DNA of 52,085 bases, filler included, from Jimgerdemannia flammicorona (lineage: Eukaryota): assembly GCA_003990765.1 (NCBI GenBank). It is 2 parts of 2 records of this genome, joined end to end, with 100 filler letters (N's around TTAATTAATTAA, not from the genome) between each part and the next. Parts side by side here need not be neighbours in the genome. Positions count along the whole stretch, not along the records: positions 1 to 25,993 come from RBNJ01000768.1; 1 more part is not named here. One strand, written 5' to 3'. The notes below the pieces were generated by a model. The model was not told the origin of the DNA. It ran no database searches and worked only from the letters and a program-made list of their open reading frames with translations. Below are positions 1-12,544 of the stretch, one piece after another. Every line of letters starts with the position of its first letter. The first letter of the stretch is position 1. The translations under genes were made by a program, and so were the position numbers.

Positions 1-313
1 TTAGGTCCTACTCCTAACCCCATCACAAAATTTCCTAATTGGGTATTGTCTGCAGCGATACGCCGATTCAACTAAGCTGGTCTTAGTTTCTTGAACTTCC
101 TGAAATACGGAAAAATCCTGAACATCCAGAACTAGTCCGGAAAAGGACTTTGGTTGAGACGTCAACCCGATCTTGAAATCAATAAGCGTAGAGGACGTAC
201 TCCATACGAAATTGATCTTGACCATAAGAAAACGGTCTTCTAGAATATCCAGAACTTCCAGAAAACCCTTCTAGAACTATGTAACAGTCACCCTAAAAAG
301 TAACCCTCTTACA
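1..313 (+). repeat. 3' end (U5) of a family-A LTR; a solo LTR or the 3' LTR of an upstream copy
   Basis: Near-identical to about 2758-3067 and to the other family-A LTR ends. Ends in CTCTTACA and is not followed by the TGGTAGCAG PBS. Confidence 0.9.
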
Positions 314-1013
314 GTTCTTGAGATATTAACTAGTACTTGTCACTCCCCCATCTATAGATCTGAGTTGAGCCATTAAGAAAATATCTTGTTTGGGTTTATT
401 AGTACTTAGAAGTCTTCTTACAATTTAGTAAATTCTTCTCTGAGTATCTTGGCTGAGTAACTGCAACCATATCCCACTTCCAGAAAATGGAGAACTTTCT
501 TATATTTATTTATAATTATGTCATCTACTATATATATTATATACAATTTATCTGATTTTGTAAAATTTCTTTTATACAATATATTAAAAATATATAGGGT
601 TACTCTTATATATCTCTACTCTTCTAATACTTTTCTCTTTTTTCTTGATTCTTGAAAGGCTTCTGATGATATTTATTTTTTATGCTTTTTTTCTAATTCT
701 TGTCCTTGTTCAGAAGTATTCTTATAATAAAAGTCAATTTTATCTTCAAGACTAGTATTTACTTTTTTAATAAATTTCATAAGTAATTCTTTTCTTATCT
801 AAATATTCTTGAATAACTTTGGTGTCAGATAATTTAAAAGCATAAGGAGTAATTTTCTTATCTTGTTCTTATTTCAAAATACTTCTGATAGTGCTGTAAT
901 TTTTTGGTTCTATAGTAGATTTAATGTAAATTAGTTTCATATTTCTATTTTTTATACAGAGATAGTCCTGTGTATATATATAAATATTGAAACTGTATTT
1001 TCTCCATAGTATG
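314..1013. other. AT-rich decayed sequence, probably an old hypermutated repeat or gene relic
   Basis: Very AT/TpA-rich with no intact ORF. It is the left flank of element A. Confidence 0.35.
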
Positions 1014-1130
1014 ATTTCTGTAAGTGCACAACCCCCAAGCCACTGAAATTATACGTCACCCTCTGAACAAGCCACTGAAATTACATGTGATCCTGAACAA
1101 ATCTGGAAATCACCTGCTTGATCACGAAGC

Positions 1131-1236
1131 TGAGTCAAACCAAAGTCACAGTGTACAAAGCTGAGTCAATACGAAGTCACGGAACACAAGATTTACATAA
1201 ACGGAATCTTATCAATCAGGACTAAATGTATATATA
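1131..1236 (+). promoter_or_regulatory. Putative promoter of the LTR-internal ORF: two TGAGTCA (AP-1/Gcn4-type) sites and a TATA-like element
   Basis: TGAGTCA at 1131-1137 and 1162-1168 inside a ~31-bp duplication. TATATATA at 1229-1236, about 70 nt upstream of ATG 1306. The same layout is present in the 3' LTR. Confidence 0.45.
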
Positions 1237-1305
1237 CCAAGTACCGAGATGTGTCGAATCAGAGAACCAAAACAAACAACAACCACAACTTCCAAACATA
1301 CAAAC

Positions 1306-2394
1306 ATGACCACTGAGATCTACAACTGTATCCATGCTGACATTTGGAATGCTATTGTCAACCGAGCTACACCCCCTCTGCCCCTCATGAATATCCATAG
1401 CCTAGCACCCCTCTACTTTGTGGAAGTCCGATGGAATGCTCTGAACATACTTAGCAAGACCCACCGAATCGGACAAATCTCAAGCTACTACCAGATCGGC
1501 CACCTCATGGTCGAACACTACTATGATACAGACATTACCCAGATGTCTCAACACTAGAAGCTCATCGCCTGCAAATATCGAGAACTTTTCTATGAGTATA
1601 GCACCTTTATTCTCCATCTCCGAGTTACTACCAGTGAAATGGTTACTACCCTGTCCTATGGCCAAATCGATGACATGATACAGGAACTCAACCAGAAGTA
1701 CCTCAAGTACATCGAAACCACAGACAGAACCTTCCCACACCCCAATGATCACATCCTGCAAATGCCCCAAGTTAGATATGCCATGAAAGACATCTACGAT
1801 ATAATCCACTTTGATGAAGATAAAGCAAAAGACAATGATCCCTCTGATACTGACATGACCTCAAGCCAAGGATCTCTGCCAACCCTGATCACTCTGCCAA
1901 CCTTGCCAATGAACTTACAATAGTTCATAACAATATATGAGACTTATTGGGACAATAACCACTAGCACGAATACTAACCCACATTCACCCCCAATTACTT
2001 CAACTATAATGAAGAGACCAGAGAACACAACCTGTACCTTCAGACAACCCTCGAGATCAAACCAACCACTCCACTACCCGAGTATGAGCAATATGAACCA
2101 CAGCTACCAGCTTACTATAACTCTGCGACTCATAGTACTGTAACCTACAGAAGATATGCAGACAGTGAATCCGACAAAAGTGAAAATGATGCACCCCTCC
2201 TTCACCCACCAATATCTTATCCAGCATATGAGACTGATGATGTCATCTTGTAGGACAGAGATGAAGTTCCAATATATTATTACCTCAGCAAATAAGGAGA
2301 AGTAATCCATGAACTACTCTTCTTAGACAACTACTTCATCAGAGATGATGCAATCGATGGTGATATCATCGAAGACTACCCAGACAGTGCCTAA
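1306..2394 (+). pseudogene. LTR(U3)-encoded accessory protein, ~362 codons, disrupted by C>T-type stops
   Basis: One reading frame from ATG 1306 (MTTEIYN...) to TAA 2394 (...DYPDSA). Most stops are sense codons in the 3' LTR copy. One TAG (1963-1965) is shared by both LTRs. Confidence 0.8.
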
Positions 2395-2583
2395 ACCCAT
2401 AAATAGCCTAGCAGTCATAGTATAGTTAGATTAGTATTGTATGACATAACTGTGAACTGACTCAGTAGTCAGACGATCTCTTGACATGTCAGATCACACT
2501 TATACTACGTGACTGCATTCTGACTCAGCAAGGTACTTAGTACTATATCCATATCTAGCATAGTCCAGATAGCCCCTCACTAG

Positions 2584-2711
2584 TATAAATACCCCCCCCC
2601 CAGACCTCAGAATCTTAGACTCGAACATACAAGAACATTCCTGAATACTTCCCCACAATATCTCCTCACATAACTACTCCTAGTATAGCAATATCATAAA
2701 TAGCAAATAAA
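2584..2711 (+). promoter_or_regulatory. LTR TATA box (TATAAAT) and polyadenylation signal (AATAAA)
   Basis: TATAAAT at 2584-2590 before a C-run, and AATAAA at 2706-2711. Both are conserved in all four A/B LTR copies that cover this region. Confidence 0.65.
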
Positions 2712-3070
2712 CCTATTCAATAATCCACAACCCACTCTTAAGTAAATCCACTCCCTGTTAGGTCCTACTCCTAACCCTGTCACGAAATTTCCATTGGGTA
2801 TTGTCTGCAGCGATACGCCAATTCAACTAAGCTGGTCTTAGTTTCTTGAACTTTCTGAAATACGGAAAATCCTGAACATCTAGAACTAGTCTGAAAAAAG
2901 ACTTTGGTTGAGATGTCAACCTGATCTTGAAATCAATAAGTGTAGAGGATGTATTCTATATGAAATTGATCTTGACCATAAGAAAACAGTCTTCCAGAAT
3001 ATCCAGAACCTCCAGAAAACCCTTTCAGAACTACGTAATGGTTACCCTAAAAAGCAACCCTCTTACAACT

Positions 3071-3082
3071 TGGTAGCAGTAG
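3071..3082 (+). promoter_or_regulatory. Primer-binding site, initiator tRNA-Met-like
   Basis: TGGTAGCAGTAG 3 nt after the LTR end. TGGTAGCAG is complementary to the ...CUGCUACCA 3' end typical of eukaryotic tRNAiMet. Confidence 0.75.
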
Positions 3083-5094
3083 TTTACAATTCAATTCCAC
3101 TTCAAGACACTTCCTTATCCTGCTACAAACCCTTCTGAGAATTCCTATAAGTTAGTATAAAGCCCAACCTCTGAACTGGAATTTATCCTGAACTATCTGA
3201 CAATCTGGAGAGAATTGAACCTGATGTATAAGGACAATTTGACCTCCACACTTGCAACAAGTGGGACAAACTTCATTTTAAGAAAGAAGTACTCCAGTTA
3301 AACCAGCACATAGGCGTAACCCTATTCACTGAACTCCTTGCACTACACCCAGCAAGTCATGATGAAGAAGGTCTTATTGAAGCCTTCTTTACTCTTCTCA
3401 ACAAAAGTTTTGTCAGCTCCACAAATCTGAGCGACCTAGGACAACCAGCAGCAGTCTTTCTAGCCTTAGTTCCTTACGAAGCCTAAGCCTCTGTAGCCAA
3501 GTAGCTCAACTCTACCAACTTTCATTGTACCAGGACCAAGACCACATTATACTACCGATTCCAGAATAGCAAGACCCACTATATTCTTAAAGAAGAAGCA
3601 AGAGAAACCCTTCATCAACTACCTGACCCCAAACCTGAAGCAGGCCCTGCTACAGCCCTACCTGAATCTGAAACCAATACCAAATCTGAACTTGACTTTG
3701 AATTAAGTCCATCTGAAATCAGATATACAACTGATTCTATCTACTTTGACACTGAGCAAATCCAATTACACAGGGACCAAACCAAAGAAGAGAAGGAGTA
3801 TCTCAGTGAATTCGATCCCAGATATACCACTGAAGAAGAAGTACCTCCATCAGGACAGAATACACCTACTCAGCAACAAACAGCTATCAATCAAGCCCTT
3901 ACTCCAGATCCTCAACTACTACTCCAGCAACTTACACAGACCCAAAGAACCCCATCACACTCTGCACCAGTACCTCAAGTAGTACCTGTAACACCACTAC
4001 CAGTAGTCCAACCACCTCCAGTAAACAACATGGCAAACCAACAGATTCTTGACCTCACAGCCCAGGTAGCCATAATGGCAGCAACCATTACTGCCTTAGC
4101 TGAACAGACCTGACCTACCAAAAATCTGAGCCTACCTACCTTCAATAGTACTGCACAAGAAGTCCAAAACTTCATTAGTATGGTTGATACCAACTTCGAA
4201 GCCAATCAATAGACCAATAAGTGAGTTGCTGACCGCATTCTGACAAACAATCAAGACCACACTCTGGAACAACTCTTTGCTACCACTACAGCCTATGTCT
4301 ACTAAGTTGTTACATTCTTCCGAGGACCTGCTGAAGAATGGTAGCGAACCCTTCCTGAAAAACCCCTCACATAGGATACCCAACCTGCAGTAGTTGCCCA
4401 GAATGCAACAAACAATACCCCAGGATATGGAGCCCATCCTGTAGCCCCTGGACTCAAATAACTCATAATTGCTCAATACCACAGCAAAACCATGATTGCT
4501 GAATCTTGAGTAAAACTCTGCAACCTCAAATTTGATATATATGGCAAAGAAGAATTCGAAACCTTTTGTACAAAACTCGAGTCACTCCTGAACACTGTTG
4601 GCCTAGGATATATCGCCAATAATGAAGCACAAAATGGTACAAGAGCAGACCATTTATTTGATGCCCTACCTGAATGACTTACTAGAAAAATCTGAGAGCA
4701 AGGCCACTCAGTTGGTTGTGATCATCAATAATAGTGCCTGGCAAGAATCAAGATCATGGTCAAGCGAATCCTAACAGCTGGACCAATTCTGCCCTGAAGA
4801 CAATTTAATAACAAGGAAAGGACTTGGACCAAGAAAGAAGAACCCAAGCATGAAGCATCCCGAGCTCCCTCCACATCCACCTCTTAGACACCCAGAAATC
4901 ACGAACCCACCCAGCCAAGTACCTTCAAGAAACTTACTGAAGGCAAAAGGAATGAATTTCGAAGAAGTGGAGCATGTTTCTATTGCCGAAAGACAGGACA
5001 TATGGCCAGTGCCTGCCCTAACTGAAAACTCTGAACAGCAACAAGAGCAACTGTTACCACTCTGCACCACCTCAACAATCTGACCACCAGAACA

Positions 5095-5505
5095 CTGGAC
5101 TTTGTCAAGTTAAGACAAACTGCTAAGGCCCCAACCAAAGGAAGTTAAAAAGCAGCTGGATACAACCTGTATGCAGCCGAAGAAGCTACAGTTTCCAACC
5201 GAGAAGTCAAACAAGTCTATACAGGAATCAGTATCCAAATCCCTGAAGGACATGTTGGAAGAATATGCTGTTGCAGTAGCCTAGCGTTAAAAGGACTCTC
5301 AGTAGAAGGAGGAGTCATTGACGAGGATTACACAGGCGAAATTATTGTTCTCATCTGAAACCACAGTTGGACACCCTTCAAGATCCCTATTGGCTTCTGC
5401 ATCACCCAGATTCTATTCAAAAAAATCGAGTCAACTCTGATAGTCAAGAAAGTCCCTGAATTACTGCCCACCATCCAAGGATCCAAAGGATTTGGCTCAT
5501 CAAAC
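5095..5505 (+). pseudogene. dut: dUTPase domain between gag and protease (element A)
   Basis: AAGYNLY (AAGYDLY in B), TGISIQIP, SSLALKG, GGVIDEDYTGEI and GSKGFGSS match trimeric dUTPase motifs. Confidence 0.92.
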
Positions 5506-8500
5506 AAGGCCCCAGCCCAATCTACCATGAGTAAAGAAGAACAATTCTATAAGAAGATCGAAGATGGATATGTACCAAGTGGTCGATGCCCTCATGACAT
5601 TGGAATGTACTCTTCCCAAATGATTGATGATTGCTTCTCTTGTATCAATGAACTGGCACAAAGAAGAACCAATAGAAGAAAAGCTCAAACAACTGAAATC
5701 AACACTATTGGATCAGACAAACTGCTCACCCTTAAGGCTTTTGTCAATGGAGCACCTGTTAAGATTATGATAGACAGTGGTGCCTCAGGCAACTTCATCA
5801 ATGAAGAGACAGCCAATAGACTCAAGGTCTTCACCTCTCCAGTACAGCAAACTCAAGCAGTTGCTACAGCTGATGAAACCTCACATGTTATTAGCAAAGA
5901 AGTCCGCAATCTACCCTTCCGAATTGGCGACTACCAAGTATATATTACCCTCCAAATTGTACCACTTCTTGATAATGAAATCATCCTTGAGACTCAATGG
6001 TTAAAACAAGAGAACCCCATAATTGATTGGGTAAACCATTCCCTGACCAACAAGAAATGATGCCACAACTTCAAACTATAAGGTGAAAAGGACCCACTCA
6101 ACTCTAGTGACCCTGGACCAAAGATCACCTATATCAATAAGCTACAACTTAAGAAATTGGCCAAGAAATGCCCTCTCTTCGCCATCTCCATCTGTCCATC
6201 CAAAGGAGAATCTGAGAACTCTGAAGAAGACTTTTCCAAAGTTGACAGCCATATCAGACCACTACTCCAGAAATTCCGAGACATATTCCCAAAGAAGCTC
6301 CCAAAAGGCCTACCTCCCAAATGAGCAGTAGACCATACCATCAAGACTATCCCAGATGCCAAACCAGCCTTCAAGTCAATCTACCACATGTCTCCAAGAG
6401 AAATTAATGTACTCAAGAAGGAAATCAATGAACTCCTAGAACAAGGATTCATCAGACCCAGTGTATCACCCTATGGTGCACCAGTCCTCTTCGTTGTCAA
6501 GAAAGGAGGAGACCTATGAATATGCATTAACTACCATGATCTCAATGAACAGACCATCAAGAACTGTTGCCCACTACCAAGGATCGATGAAATATTCGAT
6601 AGACTTACCAACCCACAATTCATGAGCTCTTTTAACCTGCAAAATAGTTACTAGCAAATTGCCATGAAAGAAGAAGATATCTACAAGACAGCTTTCCAAA
6701 CTCGCTATAGACACTTTGAGTTCCTAGTTATGCCCTTTGGCTTAACTAATGCTCCAGCAACCTTCCAGACACTGATGAATACCATTCTACATCCATACCT
6801 AGACAAATTTGTTGTTGTCTATATTGATGACATCCTAGTCTTCAGCAAAACTCTGGAGGAACATCTTGAACATCTTGAATTAGTACTACTAAAACTCCGA
6901 GAAAACCGACTCTTTGCAAAACTCAGCAAGTACAAATTTCTCCTGAAAGAAATTCAATTCCTTAGATACATTGTCACTCCAAATGGAATTAAAGTGGACT
7001 CTAGCAAAATCTCTGCAATCAAGGATTGGCCCAGACCCAAGAAGCTGAAAGACCTCCAGTCATTTCTGGGATTAGCAAACTATTACAGGCGATTTGTTGC
7101 CAACTTTGCTAAAATCACTACCACCCTCACCCAAATGACCAAGCACAGCAAGAAAACAAGAACAACCCTGGACTATGAAACAAGAGAAAGACTTCAACAA
7201 TCTTGTAACTTGGAGACCTGAACAAGATACCACCTTTCAAGCACTGAAAGATGCCCTGATAACCACACCAGTACTTCAAGTGGCAAACCCTGCCCTACCA
7301 TATGAAGTCACTACTGATGCCTCTGACCTAGCTCTTGGAGCAGTGCTCATGCAAGAAGGACACCCAGTGGCCTATCACTCCCACAAGTTCAATGATGCCG
7401 AAATCAACTACGCAACTCATGAGAAGGAAATGCTAGCCATTGTAGACACTCTGATCAAATAGCAACCATATCTAGAAGGAGCACACTTCACTGTATTGAC
7501 TGACCACAAGTCATTAGTCAACATCAAGACACAGGCTACCCTTTCCTGAAAGCAAGCCAGATGGATGAAAGTTCTCACCAACTTTGACTACGAAATCCAG
7601 TACTGCCCTGGCAAGGAAAATATTGTTGCCAATGCAATCTCCAGACCACCAATCGAAGAGGTTATCCAAACTCTGACCTTGGTTACCAACACTATCATGG
7701 AACAAATCATTACAGCATGTATTGATGATAAGGAAGCTCAAGCACTCCGAGAAATCCTGAACAATGATGATGCTGACAAGTATACCTGGTACAACTAATA
7801 CCAACTCAAGGACAATACTATCTACTATAAGGATAGACTGTATGTTCCAAACAACCGAGACCTCCAAAGGACTATCCTATTCGAATGTCATGATACACCT
7901 ATAGCTGGACATTTAGAATTTGATAAATGTTATGAAGTTATCTCCCAAAACTTCTATTGGCCCCATATGGCAGATCAGCTCAAAACCTACATCACTTCCT
8001 GTAATGTCTGCCAATGAAACAAGTCCTCAACACTAGCAAAACCTGGCTTACTCCACCCTATCCCAGTACCATCTGCAAATTGGGAACAAATCTCTATGGA
8101 CTTCATTGTACAACTACCCCAAACCAAGAATGGGAAAGATGCAATTGTTGTCTTTGTGGACTATCTCAGCAAACAAGCCCACTTTGTGCCTACTACCACT
8201 ACTGCAACAGCACCAGACATAGCCACACTCTTGTTTGACAATATCTTCCGCTATCATAGTCTTTCTAAGATCATTGTTAGTGACTGAGATCCGAAATTCA
8301 CCAGCCACTTTTGGAAAGTCCTCCATGCACACCTTGGAACAAAACTTGCACTATCCACAGCCTTTCACCCAGAAACTGATGGTCAAACTGAAAGAATGAA
8401 CCGAACTCTAGAACAAATGCTAAGGAACTATATTTCCTACAGACAAGATGACTGGTATGAACACCTCACCACAGTTGAGTTTGCCTATAACAATAGCAAG

Positions 8501-8854
8501 CAAGCCTCTCTTGGAATGACCCCATTCTTTACCAATACTGAACAAAATCCAAACACCCCTTTGACACTTATCTGAACTACTGAAGAACTCTCTACAGTCG
8601 AAGCTATTGAAGAATTCTTACTCCAAATGTGCAATTTAAGCCAAATTACCATTGAGAATTTATTGCGAGCTCAAGAACAACAGTCACAGTATGTTAACCA
8701 ATACCGCCAAGATGAAACCTTCGATATTGGAGAAAAAGTCCTACTAGATATCAGAGGATACCTAGTTGACATTTTTTTTTTTTATTTTTTTTATAGTCAC
8801 TTGGACTCCGCCTTTATTACCAGTCTATGAATAATTATACATCAATCCGACCCA

Positions 8855-11800
8855 CTATCCAATCCCCACCGGGGGGCCCCTCCCTACTTCCTCACGAATG
8901 AAAATCACCCTTTCACCAATGACCCCCACTCTCCCCCCACTTTGCTCACAGATTTTCTCCACCAAGCGGTGCCTCCGACCACCCCGCATCCCCCAACCCA
9001 GCCACCAGCCTGTTAAGGTATCTTCCATAAGCCTATGCCATCGCAGCAGCCGGTCCCCCAAGCTCTGCCTCCTCCCATCCTCAAAGACAAATAGCCAATG
9101 ACTGGCCAACCCCACCCAAATAGCCAAAGCCCAACCTAAAGTGAGCCACTCCTTCTCTATTCCCCCTACCAATCTAACCCTCAGGTCCTCCCATCGCCCT
9201 TGTACTCCATCACTCCTACCCTGTACCCCTAAGTGATCCCCAATTGTCCGCCAAAAGTCCCCCAACACCTCGCACTCTCCTAGCCAATGTTCTGGCATCT
9301 GTACATAACCTCCCTCCTGCCCCACATTATGGCACTCCTCACAGTTGAAGCAACCCCCTACAACCAGGTGCCCTGAGCGAAAATTGAGCATAACATTCCT
9401 CTGCAGCATGCGCCATCAGACCACCCAGTACTTTGGTGGCAGCTATGCTCTCACCGCAGCACTCCAGGTCCAAACACTATACCAGTTCCACTCTTTGCCA
9501 ATTCCAACTCCTTGCCAACCGCTAGGCCACAGATCCTGGCCTGGTCCCCTCTGGCATTCCATTCCATCACCAATGTCGAACTCAGCTAAAGGAGCACCAC
9601 CCAGCAGTATACAGTCCCATTTCCACATTGCTGGGCCCCAATCCTCTTCACCTTCATTCCCTTGCCAACGAATACCAATGCGATGCACTCCTTCTGCAAT
9701 TCCCCACCAAAATCCTCTATATTGTAGTTGGGCAGTATTCTGAAGCCCAACCAAGGAGAGGAGATCACCGGTTGAGCCCCTTGGCAATGTCCGCCTCTCC
9801 CATATCTTTTGTAACAGCGGAACCCATCCACCTCCTCTCAACTCCACTGCCCTCTTTAGCCACCATGCTCTCAAGCAGTGTAACCGTTTTGGGAAGTCAA
9901 CCAGCCCAAGACCACCTCTCACCACTGGCAGGGACAAGGTTTCCCAACTAATCTGACTCTGCCTGCCAGCCCAAATCCATCCTTTTGCTGCCTTCATCAA
10001 TCTCTTCACTACCCAGGCTGGGAAGTCCAGATGATATGCCAGATACCACAACTTTGGCAGCCAGTAGACATTCAAAACTGAGACCCGCCCTGCTAGGGAA
10101 AAATATCTACCCCCCTAACTCCACAGAGCCTCCTCCCAGATTCCAATCCTCTGCTCCCACCAAAGCTTGGGCAGAACTGACCCATAGACTGACAAGTAGA
10201 TACCTAAGTACCACACTGCTTCACCGGTGGGGACAATTGTTCCTATAACCTCCCCTCCCACCAGGCCATTACCAAGCATCATCGTCTCACACTTATGCCA
10301 ATTCAGCTTAGCTCCAGAATGCTCCTCATACCACTCCACAGTCCTCTTGAGCTCCTCAACATCAGCAATCGAACCCAAGCCCACCACCATGTCGTCAGCA
10401 AAGGCCCCAACCTTCCATCCTATGCCAAAGATAGAGAGCCCCACTATCCTCCACCTAATCCGGTCCATAAGTGGTTCCAGGGAAAGAGTATACAAAATGG
10501 GGGACAGTGGATCCCCCTGGGGCATGCCCCTTCCCAAGGAGAACGCTACTCCTCTATGTCCATTACACATGAGTGCAGCCCTACTCCCTTCCAGTAGGCT
10601 GACCATTATCAACCGGAATTGATGCAGTACCCCCATTCTATCCAGAACTTTTGCCAGCCAGACTCTCTGCACCCGGTCGTAAGCCTTCTCCTGGTCCAAG
10701 AAAACTAGACACCCATCTAGCCCACATGCTCTCACCCCTTCAATGATGCCATGCACCCAGGCGGTGCCATCCCTGATGAGCCGACCACTCACAAATCCCC
10801 TCTGCTCCACACTCACGACTTGCTGGGCCACCTTCTGTAATCTTGCCACCACCACCTTGGTCACCAACTTTCTGTCCATATCTAGCAGCATTATCGGCCG
10901 CCAGTTCTTCCAATCCTCCCGCCCTCCTTTGTTTTTGTAGAGCAGCGTCACCAGCCCAAGGTCCTGCTCCCCCACCCATCTACCCGTCTGTAGAATAAGG
11001 TCACACAACGCTGTCATCTCTCCCATCACCTCTGGGACTTCAACCATTCGCTTCCAAAAGTCCCAGGGCAGCCCATCCTCTCCAGGTGCCATACCGGACG
11101 TTGTCGCGGCAAGAACCTGGTGGATCTCACCTTCCTGTACAGGCATCACCAGGTCTCCTAGCCCTTCAACTTGTGGTAGGTGCCAATCCTCCAATGTATG
11201 TTCAATTGTAGTGGCATCCGCCCCACCTTCCTCCTCACTCCACAATCCACTCCATCTCTCCTTCAGCGATCCAAGAATGTCCTGTACACCATGCACCAGT
11301 ACACCATCAGAGTCCAAGACCCCTTCCCACCATTGCTGGACCCGCCTTGCCCTAAGGGCCCTTGAAAGAAGCTTGGAAGGCCTCTCACCTTCCTCCAGAT
11401 CCTGCCAATGAAGCCATGCTGCCAAGCTTTGTACCCTTGCCTCTTTCTCCTCCCGCAGCACTTGTTGAAGTTCCCCAACCTCCATTTTTGCCCTCAGTAA
11501 CCTCCAATCTTCTTCTCTCTCCACTATCATCAGCTGTGCCCACTCCTCCAGGAGCCTTGTCAATTGAGCAGAGGCCCAGCGCACCTTTTGTTTTTGCTGC
11601 TTCCCTGCCTCCTTGCCAGCCTCCTTCCAGTAAATCCTGGCCATTTCCTTCATCCTCATCCATCGAGTCCCAACTGCAGCCCCTTCCTGCCTCCAGGTCT
11701 CTACTCTCAGCTAAATGTCTTTAGCCCACTCATCCCACTGGGTCTTATCATCTAACAAAGAGGAATTGAGGTGCCAATGTCCAGGCCTATCCCCACTTCC

Positions 11801-12511
11801 CCCAAAGCACCCCTGTCCCAAAAGCCCCCAGTGATCCGACCATGGACACCATTCCACCTCCAATGATTTCCAAACATCTAGTCCCCAGCAGCAAGCTGTC
11901 AAAATCCAATCGATCCTAGTCCCCAGACCCCCTGCCCAATGTGTATAAATCCTCCTACTCCCCCAGCACTCCCTTCCAGTATCCAATAGTGCACTCAGCC
12001 CCTCGACTTCCTCCCATGCCACCAGCCCTCCACTCCTGCCCTCAGCATCTCGTCCTCTATCCGATCTATCCATCAGTATATCTCTAACCATATTGAAATC
12101 TCCCCCTAGCACATCCACCCCTGCCTCCGCAAGTAACCCACTCTCCAGTAGTCCCTTCACCCAATCGACTCTCTCACCCCATACCGCAGGGTAGTAGCAA
12201 GAACCAACTGTAACTGGTTCCCAGCCTACCCAAATCCACTCTCCCCAGATCAGTCTCTCCCCCCAGCACTGCACATTCTGTATCTTCCCTCTGCCTCTCC
12301 TAACCAAAATCCCAACCTTGCCCCTCCAAATCGCTACACCTCCCCATTCCTTCGTCCATTCTAACCTATCAGAGTCATCTTCGCACCGGACATCCTGCAA
12401 AAGGAAGAGATCGGCCTCCAATCCCTTTATCCAAGTAAAAATGTTCCTACGTCGAGAAGCACCCCATAACCCATTCACGTTCAAAGAGAAAATGTTTGTT
12501 GTATTGTTCAT
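8855..12511 (-). pseudogene. LINE ORF2: AP endonuclease, reverse transcriptase and C-terminal Cys/His motif, with a few in-frame stops
   Basis: SLNVNGL, GGDFN, TRIDWI and SDH (APE); PGEDGLP, WRPIMLL, LDQEKAYDRV, PQGDPLSP and AFADD (RT); CFNC...EHWLGEC. All four ORF-track segments are in one frame. The true stop may be 8825. Confidence 0.95.
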
Positions 12512-12544
12512 ATTGATGATATATGTGATGTCGCCAATCTGTCT

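Larger units (their letters stand above)
1019..3067 (+). repeat. Element A 5' LTR (~2.05 kb)
   Basis: Direct repeat of 15269-17328 with TG...CA termini. Confidence 0.96.

Noticed and set aside
6079..6081. TAA between PR and RT shared by A and B as a possible readthrough site
   Set aside because: Other C>T-type stops are also shared by A and B (e.g. near 4111 and 4459), so recurrent or inherited mutation explains it.
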